Virus record (IMG/VR): IMGVR_UViG_3300005573_000178
Coordinates: 1 to 37,517 of that record
From: a virus
Lineage: Duplodnaviria > Caudoviricetes
Length of the DNA: 37,517 bases
Direction: 5' to 3' (one strand)
Both the position numbers and the translations under genes were made by a program. Each line of letters starts with the position of its first letter. Position 1 is the first letter of the stretch. This document shows positions 19,020-26,227 of this stretch, one piece after another. The notes beneath the pieces were generated by a model, which saw only the letters and a program-made list of their open reading frames with translations, searched no databases and was not told the DNA's origin.

Positions 19020-19540
19020 ACAATAACGGCAGGCAAAACAAAATAGCAGGCAGTAGGTAAGCGGCAGGCAATAAACAAACGCAGGCAAGCAAGCAGGCAA
19101 GCAAGAGCAATAGGCAAGCAAGCAACGGCAGGAAGTAAAGCAGGCAGGCAATAAACAAACGCAGGAAGTATTGCAGGAAGTCGCAGGCAGGAAGGAAGTA
19201 AAGCAGGCAGGCAAGAGCAATAGCAGGAAAGCAAGCAGGAAGTATTGTAAACAAACGCAAGCAATAAAGCAAGCAATAAAGCAAGCAGGAAGTAGGCAAG
19301 CAGGAAGTAAAGCAAACAAGAGCAATAGCAGGAAGTAGCAAACAATAAAGCAAGCAGGAAGTATAAACAACGTAAAGATTATTTATAAAAAAAGACAAAA
19401 GGAAAATGTAAAGGTAAAGCATATTATAATGTTGTTATTGTTATTGTTGGTAGTATATATGACAACGGCACTTTTGGAAGGTAAGCAGGAAGGAAGGAAG
19501 GCAAGCAGGCAGGAAGGAAGGCAAGGGGAGGCAGGAAGCC
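19020..19540 (+). repeat. Purine-rich modular low-complexity tract (GCAA / GCAG / GGAAGT / AATAAA)
   Basis: GCAGGAAG at 19128, 19161, 19173, 19187, 19235, 19285, 19300, 19328, 19354, 19485, 19509 and 19531; T-poor; no CC before 19539. Confidence 0.85.
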
Positions 19541-19551
19541 CGCCCTTGCCT
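19519..19551. terminator. Hairpin closing the leftward cassette
   Basis: AGGCAAGGG (19519-19527) pairs with CCCTTGCCT (19543-19551), 13 bp past the stop at 19565; no clean U-tract. Confidence 0.45.
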
Positions 19552-19564
19552 GTTGGTTTATAGT

Positions 19565-20410
19565 TTATAGATTGTAATATGATATTTTAGGTAGTTTAAA
19601 CAAAAACATTTTTTCTTGCAGGTCTTTATCGTTTAGAGGTAAAATTAAAGTATTGTTAATAAAAATTGTTTCGTTATTCTTTAATACTTTACAAAACCCC
19701 TCAAACTTGTTTTTTAAGATAATATCGCTATAATATATACTATCTTTTATGTATTTTAAAACGTTGTCGCTTGCTCTTACTGGCTGATGCATCTTTAAAT
19801 CTGTAAGATTGCGAGAGCATAAGTAAATGTTATTTTTACTGTCTTTAATAATAACGCAATTATTAAAAATATAAAAATACTTGTTGCTTTTGTTGTCATA
19901 GACAATTGCAAGTAAAAAACTGTAAAATTGCAATTGCTCAAAAATTAAATCTGTGTCGCTGTTGTTGTCTGAATAATGCTCAAAAAACTGTAAATTTACT
20001 TTAAGATTTAAATCGTTGTTGCTTGAATTAAAATTAAATGCGTTGTTTACAATGTTTTTTAAATCTTGCTTTATACTGTCGCTCAAATAACTATATAATT
20101 TATAATCTAACATAAAAAAATTGTCGCTATAAAACTGTGGCAAGGCAGGACTTGTAGGGGAGATTAAAACGTTGTATAAAAAATAATTATCATCGCTACA
20201 ATCCCACCCCGCATATAACATTATAGCAATATCGCTATAATAAAGTATTGTCTTTTTCGTGTCGCTGTTGCTGTCGCTATGCTGTATTGCTAAAAACAAC
20301 TCTGTATTGCTTTTTAATTTATCTAACAACTGTGCTTTTGTTGTTAATCTCATTAAAAATCTTTCTTTTAACTCTGTTTTTATACTGTTTAAATAATCTT
20401 GTTTATTCAT
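19565..20410 (-). CDS. Hypothetical protein with biased composition
   Basis: 281 aa, AGGAGG RBS; only 2 Gly and 1 Trp; many Ser-Asp pairs. Confidence 0.7.
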   Translation of the reverse strand: MNKQDYLNSIKTELKERFLMRLTTKAQLLDKLKSNTELFLAIQHSDSNSDTKKTILYYSDIAIMLYAGWDCSDDNYFLYNVLISPTSPALPQFYSDNFFMLDYKLYSYLSDSIKQDLKNIVNNAFNFNSSNNDLNLKVNLQFFEHYSDNNSDTDLIFEQLQFYSFLLAIVYDNKSNKYFYIFNNCVIIKDSKNNIYLCSRNLTDLKMHQPVRASDNVLKYIKDSIYYSDIILKNKFEGFCKVLKNNETIFINNTLILPLNDKDLQEKMFLFKLPKISYYNL

Positions 20411-20431
20411 TTTAAAACCTCCTTATATATA

Positions 20432-21136
20432 TTATAAATCGTTGCCGTAAATCTCTTCTGTGCGGGAAACATTAAAGCCCGCCTTTTTTATTATTGTTGC
20501 GGGTTCGTTTATATAGTGTTCATAACGTTTGCGTGCTACTTTAATCGCTTCTTTTGTCGTGTATTTTTTTACTAAATTTATCATCTTGGAAATGCTTTCT
20601 ATCAACTCATCAGGGGACGACGCCCACGGAAGCACTCGCACCTCCACCGTTTTGAACGGACGATAGCAATTATAATTTAATGCAAAATAACGACTCCCAT
20701 CCTTGTAATTATACCATAACTGCTTAAAATAAACTTGCAAATTAAAATCCCCTCTACAATAGCCATTGTTTAATCTGTTTATATATTTATCCCCCAGCCC
20801 CCCAAATACTTGTTTATATTCCTTTAAAAACTCCCCATACAGCCACGCCAGCGCCAACCCATTTTCACGTGGACGAAAGCTAAAATGTAAATGGTTACCG
20901 CAACTCTCATTTTGCTTAAACCCCGACGACGACCAGTAATCTTTTAATTTGCAAGAAAAATCTTGAAACGACGACAACGTAAACAATAGTTTAACCTCAT
21001 ATACGTAATCCGTTTCAAGTCCCATCAGACTGCCATCCTCCCCAACGCCCTGACAGAAGGGAGCCAGCATTCTTTTAGTTTCACTTTCTGTCGCATAGGA
21101 GCCGCCTTCCAGTTCTAAACCTATTTTATAAATCAT
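20432..21136 (-). CDS. Putative amidoligase (COOH-NH2 ligase, Amidoligase_2-like)
   Basis: KIGLELEG, EDGSL, YEVK, NESCGNHLHFS, RYFALN and KTVEVR motifs in the expected order. Confidence 0.85.
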   Translation of the reverse strand: MIYKIGLELEGGSYATESETKRMLAPFCQGVGEDGSLMGLETDYVYEVKLLFTLSSFQDFSCKLKDYWSSSGFKQNESCGNHLHFSFRPRENGLALAWLYGEFLKEYKQVFGGLGDKYINRLNNGYCRGDFNLQVYFKQLWYNYKDGSRYFALNYNCYRPFKTVEVRVLPWASSPDELIESISKMINLVKKYTTKEAIKVARKRYEHYINEPATIIKKAGFNVSRTEEIYGNDL

Positions 21137-21155
21137 TGTTTTTTACCTCCTTTAT

Positions 21156-21560
21156 TTATTTATAATTTTCAATTTCAATAATTTTATAATATTCATATTG
21201 CCAGATTGTTGTTAATATATCTTGCAACGTGTCGGGACGGTAAAAATAGCCCGCCTCCACGACCCGCCCAATCCCCCTGTTGCCAGCCCCCGCCCATTTA
21301 TTTATATCATCAAGCACCCCCGCCGTGTTGTTGTCGCTGTCGCTGTCGCTTGCTTGCTTCAACTCATACCAGCCCCAGCCTGTCGCCAGAGCCGTGAGAC
21401 AACGCAATTTATCCGTTTGTTTAATGCTATTCTCAATGCTGTAATAATCCCCCCCGTATATTGCATATTCTTTTTTTACCAGTTTTATATATCTTAAATC
21501 AACAGATATATAAAACTTTTCAGTTTCTATGTAAAATCTTTTTTGTTGTAATATATTCAT
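21156..21560 (-). CDS. Hypothetical protein in the amidoligase cassette
   Basis: 134 aa, GGAGGAG RBS, tightly packed between the GATase and amidoligase genes. Confidence 0.65.
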   Translation of the reverse strand: MNILQQKRFYIETEKFYISVDLRYIKLVKKEYAIYGGDYYSIENSIKQTDKLRCLTALATGWGWYELKQASDSDSDNNTAGVLDDINKWAGAGNRGIGRVVEAGYFYRPDTLQDILTTIWQYEYYKIIEIENYK

Positions 21561-21562
21561 TT

Positions 21563-22258
21563 TTACTCCTCCTCTTTATCATTTTCTTTTATAACATCCC
21601 CGCTTGGACTATACAACCGCCACACCCCATCCCTCCCCAAAATCCAGTTACCAACCCCCTCATCCCACCAAAAACCCCCGCCATACTCCCTAAACAACCA
21701 CGGGGACGACGACACACGCCCCCAGGCTGTTTCCTCCCAGCCATCGCCCAGGTAATGCTGTTTACCTGTATTTACATTATATATATATACCTTATTGCGT
21801 GTCAACCTCGCTAATGCACCTAATTTATCTATATCATTATATTTTTTTATAAAATCTATAAACACCCACGAATCAAAAGCCCCCTTTATAGGCACGCTAA
21901 CTTCCAGCCCTAATAACGCCCGCCAGTCCTCAACGTTATTCACAATGCCATTTACTGCTATAACATATCGCCCTGTTGCCGTGTCAATCGCCCACATATG
22001 CACGTGCCGTAAATCCATCAACCCGCTTGTCGCCTGTCTGAAGTGTAATACCAGCCCTTTAAATTTATCTACATTTTTATACAAAAACTTTAATAACTGT
22101 TTCAACCCTAAAAATTTATTTATATAGCATCCCTTACTACTGTGCCATAAAACGCCACAACCATCACTATTCCTTGTCCACGCATCTTTTACAATGCTAA
22201 AAAACTTCTTTTTTTCTTCCTGCATTTTTTTAATGTTTACTTGCCAAATTACGCACAT
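21563..22258 (-). CDS. Class II (Ntn) glutamine amidotransferase-like protein
   Basis: Cys2 (MCVI), RNSDGCG, LHFRQATSG, VNGIV and FDS. Confidence 0.85.
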   Translation of the reverse strand: MCVIWQVNIKKMQEEKKKFFSIVKDAWTRNSDGCGVLWHSSKGCYINKFLGLKQLLKFLYKNVDKFKGLVLHFRQATSGLMDLRHVHMWAIDTATGRYVIAVNGIVNNVEDWRALLGLEVSVPIKGAFDSWVFIDFIKKYNDIDKLGALARLTRNKVYIYNVNTGKQHYLGDGWEETAWGRVSSSPWLFREYGGGFWWDEGVGNWILGRDGVWRLYSPSGDVIKENDKEEE

Positions 22259-22392
22259 AATAAAAACCTCCTTTTTTTAATTTTTTTAAATAATAACAAT
22301 AAACCACATTATATTATATACGTTAACTAACTTGTATTATACATTATACAGCACCTCTTTCTTTAAAAATTTAAAAACTACATTTTATATAT

Positions 22393-22408
22393 AGCAATAA
22401 CTGTGCCA
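22393..22408 (-). promoter_or_regulatory. sigma54 (RpoN) -24/-12 promoter for the GATase-amidoligase cassette
   Basis: Minus strand reads TGGCACAGTTATTGCT, i.e. TGGCAC-N5-TTGCW with GG-N10-GC spacing, 135 bp upstream of the GATase ATG. Confidence 0.7.
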
Positions 22409-22465
22409 CGTTTTGCTGTTTTGCAATTTTTTAAAAAACCCCTTATTTTATTATGCTTTCGTGTT

Positions 22466-23041
22466 TTTCGTGTTTCGCATCGTGCCAGAAGTTTCACATT
22501 GTAAAACGCAACTGTTAAAATTTTAACACTGTTAACATCAAAAAGTTAACTGTGGATAACTCAAAAAACCCTAATAAAATAAAGCAAAAAATAGTGTGGA
22601 TAACTATGTTAACTTTTCGTGATTTTCGTGGTTAACATTTTTTCGCATCGTGAAACAAAAAACCGCCAGCCGGGAGTTCCGCATCGTGAAACATATATTC
22701 CACATTACAAAACTAAAATTTAACGAAAATAAAAAAAATTTAAAAAATCACTTGACAAATTTAAAACTATATGCTATAATATATAGGAAAGGCAAAAGAG
22801 AGGTTTTGCAATGCGAAACAAATCGCCTTTTTGTTTCGCATCGTGAAACAGGGGCTGGGCTGGGCATAAGACAAACGAGCCAAAAATTAAAATGTTCTTT
22901 AATAGGCAAGCCAGAGAAACCCACGCCCCAGTAAAAAATAAAAAATTTTTTATAATAATATATTGAAATTAAAATCTAAAAACCCCTTTATTTTAAAGGT
23001 GGTTTTCAGATTTTGAAAAACTCGGTTTCGTATTATGAAAC
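22466..23041. promoter_or_regulatory. Cluster of GTTTC-N7-GAAAC operators plus two DnaA boxes and a Rex-like palindrome
   Basis: Operators or variants at 22472 (partial), 22491, 22640, 22676, 22833 and 23025; TGTGGATAA at 22551 and 22595; TGTTAAAATTTTAACA at 22513-22528. Confidence 0.65.
22752..22780 (+). promoter_or_regulatory. Early promoter P1
   Basis: TTGACA-17-TATAAT with extended TGn and an A-rich upstream region. Confidence 0.88.
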
Positions 23042-23069
23042 CAAAATTAAAAAAAATTAAAAAAAACAC

Positions 23070-23098
23070 TTGACAAAATTGAAATTTTATGCTATACT
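23070..23098 (+). promoter_or_regulatory. Early promoter P2
   Basis: TTGACA-17-TATACT with extended TGn and an A-rich upstream region. Confidence 0.85.
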
Positions 23099-23112
23099 TA
23101 ATATGAAAATAA

Positions 23113-23190
23113 AAAATAGCAGGAGGTGAAAAGCGGTGGGCAACCGCACAAGCCCAAAAAACTAAAAAAAATAGGAGGACAAAAATGGAA
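23113..23190 (+). repeat. 78-bp leader repeat, copy 1
   Basis: Identical to 23552-23629; includes the RBS and the first two codons. Confidence 0.92.
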
Positions 23191-23547
23191 TTAAAAGAAT
23201 TTTTAAAAAAACACGATATGTTGGATGGCGACAGGGTGAGATTAAACATATGGACAAGCCACGGGGGAACATACATAGCCCGCTTAAAAGGGCTGGATGG
23301 AAAATATATATTTGATAGAGAATTTGTGCGGTATGATGAAAAGAAGACGAGCAGGTCTGGGAAACACGGCGATGTGTGGTATAATATGCAGGCGTTAAGA
23401 GATGGGCTATATGAAATAAGAAACCCGAGAAGCGGGAGATACGGCAGGGAAGGAAATATATACGTGCTGATTAAAAACGGTGAAGCCGCAGAGATTGACT
23501 TTAAAGATGCAAAAGATTATTTCAAAAAAACACTTGACAAAATATGA
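23185..23547 (+). CDS. Early hypothetical protein, paralogue A
   Basis: 120 aa; 110/120 residues identical to 24908-25270; AGGAGG RBS. Confidence 0.85.
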   Translation: MELKEFLKKHDMLDGDRVRLNIWTSHGGTYIARLKGLDGKYIFDREFVRYDEKKTSRSGKHGDVWYNMQALRDGLYEIRNPRSGRYGREGNIYVLIKNGEAAEIDFKDAKDYFKKTLDKI

Positions 23548-23551
23548 AAAT

Positions 23552-23629
23552 AAAATAGCAGGAGGTGAAAAGCGGTGGGCAACCGCACAAGCCCAAAAAA
23601 CTAAAAAAAATAGGAGGACAAAAATGGAA
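23552..23629 (+). repeat. 78-bp leader repeat, copy 2
   Basis: Identical to 23113-23190; preceded by TTGACA (23534) with the spacer and -10 deleted. Confidence 0.92.
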
Positions 23630-23968
23630 CAGGAAAATTTAAATCAAAAGCCCCAAGAGTGTGCTTGCTGTGGAGGAGCGTTATCAAACGATGAGAACAA
23701 AAATTATTATTTTGATAACAACACGCAGGCATATTGCCCGAAATGTGCTGGCAAAAACATAAAAAAGATAGATTGGTATGCCCCTGAAGAAAAAATTTGG
23801 AAACAATTGGGTTTTGTTAATGCAACCTTTTATAAAGTCAGAATAGAAAAATTAAATGACATATTTAAAAGAGATTACCCAGACATTTATAAAAAATGGA
23901 TAAACTATCCGCTTTGGCGGAAAATATATATCGTGCAAAAGTTTATTAAGGAAGGAAAAATTTGGTAA
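23624..23968 (+). CDS. Zinc-finger-like hypothetical protein (start revised to 23624)
   Basis: AGGAGG RBS before ATG 23624; CACCG...CPKC. Confidence 0.7.
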   Translation: MEQENLNQKPQECACCGGALSNDENKNYYFDNNTQAYCPKCAGKNIKKIDWYAPEEKIWKQLGFVNATFYKVRIEKLNDIFKRDYPDIYKKWINYPLWRKIYIVQKFIKEGKIW

Positions 23969-23990
23969 AATAAAATATAGGAGGTGCTAT

Positions 23991-24212
23991 ATGGACATAA
24001 AAAAATATGGGTTTAAAAAAATAAATGAAAAAGAGTATATATTAGAAAAAAAGATTACAGCAACAAAACTTTTAAAATTGCTTGAAAAATTTAGTAAAGA
24101 ATTTGGCGAATGCGTTATATCTTTTGATGAAATAAATATGACCGAAAATTACGATTATCCAAATGTTAGTATATATGTGCCAAAGAAACTAATTAAAAAT
24201 GATTTATATTAA
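23991..24212 (+). CDS. Hypothetical protein
   Basis: 73 aa, AGGAGGTG RBS. Confidence 0.7.
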   Translation: MDIKKYGFKKINEKEYILEKKITATKLLKLLEKFSKEFGECVISFDEINMTENYDYPNVSIYVPKKLIKNDLY

Positions 24213-24240
24213 AAAATAAAAAAAACAGGAGGTGGTTTTG

Positions 24241-24882
24241 ATGTGCGTTATAATAATGGAACGGAACAAAAATATGACAAAAAGTGAGTTAACAAACGCT
24301 TGGCTTTCCAATCCAGATGGTGCAACTATCGGCTGGGTTAATAGCCGAGAGGGGGAAATTTACAGAGGCATTATGACTTTAAATGATTATTTAAAGTTAT
24401 ATGCTGGGCTTCCAAAAAAGGGTTTGTTTATACATCATTTTAGATATGGGACATCTGGGGCAAAGATTAAAGGGTTAACACACAACTTCCCTTTAATTAA
24501 AACCGAGGACATATCGGTTTTTGACAAAACATATTTTAAGTTAAAGAAAGGTGATGAAATGATGTTTTTATCTCATAACGGAATTTTAAACAATTGGGAA
24601 AGCGACTATGAAAAATTAAAACCAATTTTAGGGTTCCCAGAGATAGCGGAAACAGAATTAAGCGACACTAAATACCTTGCTATGGTTTATAACTTTGCAA
24701 AAATTGGGTTAGATGAATTTAAAAAGATTTTAAAAAAATACGGGGGGAAATATACAATTTTAAAAGTTGGGGAGGCGTATTCAATAGGCGGGTTTATACA
24801 GTATAAAAAGGATGCGGAGGTTAAAGTGTCCAATACTTACAGTTTTGAAAGAAGATGGTCGTATAGTTTTTATGATTTTTAA
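24241..24882 (+). CDS. Second class II glutamine amidotransferase-like protein (start revised to 24241)
   Basis: Cys2 (MCVI), NPDG, HFRYGTSG, HNF, SHNGIL and SDT. Confidence 0.88.
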   Translation: MCVIIMERNKNMTKSELTNAWLSNPDGATIGWVNSREGEIYRGIMTLNDYLKLYAGLPKKGLFIHHFRYGTSGAKIKGLTHNFPLIKTEDISVFDKTYFKLKKGDEMMFLSHNGILNNWESDYEKLKPILGFPEIAETELSDTKYLAMVYNFAKIGLDEFKKILKKYGGKYTILKVGEAYSIGGFIQYKKDAEVKVSNTYSFERRWSYSFYDF

Positions 24883-24907
24883 AATTTAAAAAAAAGGAGG
24901 TATAACA

Positions 24908-25270
24908 ATGGAATTAAAAGAATTTTTAAAAAAATATGATATGTTGGATGGCGACAGGGTGAGATTAAATATATGGACAAGCCACGGGGGAACATACATA
25001 GCCCGATTAAAAGGGCTGGATGAAAAATATATATTTAATAGAGAATTTGTGCGGTATGATGAGAAAAAGACAAGCCGTTCGGGGAAACACGGGGATGTGT
25101 GGTATGATATACAAGAGTTAAGAGATGGGCTATATGAAATAAGAAACCCGAGAAGCGGGAGATACGGCAGGGAAGGAAATATATACGTGCTGATTAAAAA
25201 CGGTGAAGCCACAGAATTTGACTTTAAAGATGCAAAAGATTATTTCAAAAAAGGACTTGACAAAAATTAA
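24908..25270 (+). CDS. Early hypothetical protein, paralogue B
   Basis: Near-identical to 23185-23547. Confidence 0.85.
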   Translation: MELKEFLKKYDMLDGDRVRLNIWTSHGGTYIARLKGLDEKYIFNREFVRYDEKKTSRSGKHGDVWYDIQELRDGLYEIRNPRSGRYGREGNIYVLIKNGEATEFDFKDAKDYFKKGLDKN

Positions 25271-25285
25271 AAGTTTTGGTATAAT
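25257..25285 (+). promoter_or_regulatory. Early promoter P3, with its -35 inside the last codons of paralogue B
   Basis: TTGACA (25257), 17 bp, TATAAT (25280), extended TGn. Confidence 0.88.
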
Positions 25286-25314
25286 TTAAAAAAAACAAAA
25301 ATGGAGGTGTAAAA

Positions 25315-25746
25315 ATGGCAGACGAATTGAAACTTGAACTAACACAAAGGTTAAAAGTGGTTGCGATAAATTTAAGCAACCATCCCAGCGACAAATGGTC
25401 GCAGGAACAAAGGGATGCTTTTTATTCTCTTGCGACAAAGGATTTTCCGCTGGGCGGAGTAGATTTCCAAATAATTGATGTTCCCTTCCCAAATGTTGCC
25501 CCAAACCTTCCAATTGCTGGCGTAAGAGTTTTAGCAACGGAAACATTAAGAAAACTTATGGACTATAATTACAAATACATTATGGTTCAAGGGGAGTTTA
25601 CGTTGACATTTATGTTGGTTTATGAGTTGTTAAAACAGGGCAAGGTGCCAGTTGTAGCAACGACAGAAAGAATTGTGGAGGAAAAGGGCGGACAGAAAAT
25701 AAGCACGTTTAAATTTTGCAATTTTAGGCAATACGATATTATTTAA
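25315..25746 (+). CDS. Csx20-like CRISPR-associated ring nuclease homologue (candidate anti-CRISPR)
   Basis: INLSNHPS..W...Q, IIDVPFP, MVQGEFT, PVVATTER and STFKFCNFRQY resemble the Csx20-related family of type III CRISPR loci; recognised from memory. Confidence 0.7.
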   Translation: MADELKLELTQRLKVVAINLSNHPSDKWSQEQRDAFYSLATKDFPLGGVDFQIIDVPFPNVAPNLPIAGVRVLATETLRKLMDYNYKYIMVQGEFTLTFMLVYELLKQGKVPVVATTERIVEEKGGQKISTFKFCNFRQYDII

Positions 25747-25761
25747 ATTAGGAGGTGCAAA

Positions 25762-26211
25762 ATGAGATTAGAAAAAATAGAGTTGAACAACGGAAAATTT
25801 TTGTCAAGACAATATGGCAAATATGACCCAGATTTAATTATCGTGTATGATAACTATACTGATAGTGACAGCGACTATCAGTATAGAAAACCACAACAGG
25901 AATTAGTAAATAAAGTAAAAAAGTTTTATGATGTTAAAGAATTGGAAATATACAGGGGGGATTATAGGGTAAACAAAAAGGGGAATAAAGTATTTGAATT
26001 TAAACCCGATGGGAAATATTTTCTCATCGGTGCCCACTGGGGCGGTGCATTTAGCAAAACAATGGGCGGATGCACTATAAAATACGAAAAAGTTTATTCT
26101 ATAAGTAAAATATCAAATGGCGGGGGTATGGGGACTGATTGGGAAGTAGTGGAAGTAGAAAAATATTTAGCCGCTTTTGATACAAAAAATATAACAGAAG
26201 ACCAATTTTAA
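25762..26211 (+). CDS. Hypothetical protein
   Basis: 149 aa, AGGAGGTG RBS; Gly motifs WGGAF and SNGGGMG. Confidence 0.7.
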   Translation: MRLEKIELNNGKFLSRQYGKYDPDLIIVYDNYTDSDSDYQYRKPQQELVNKVKKFYDVKELEIYRGDYRVNKKGNKVFEFKPDGKYFLIGAHWGGAFSKTMGGCTIKYEKVYSISKISNGGGMGTDWEVVEVEKYLAAFDTKNITEDQF

Positions 26212-26227
26212 ACGGAGGTGATGAAAA

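Noticed and set aside
19020-19380. Possible CRISPR array or mini-array
   Set aside because: No constant 25-40 bp repeat separated by unique spacers; the tract is shuffled short modules
18895-19422. Three overlapping Leu/Cys/Ala-rich minus-strand ORFs
   Set aside because: All three frames are open because the low-complexity tract lacks stop codons; no RBS; translations are repeat shadows
22472-22487. Second sigma54 promoter (TGGCACG on the minus strand)
   Set aside because: No GC at the -12 position
23534-23562. A fourth early promoter
   Set aside because: TTGACA is present but there is no -10 at 16-18 bp; it is a deletion relic of P2
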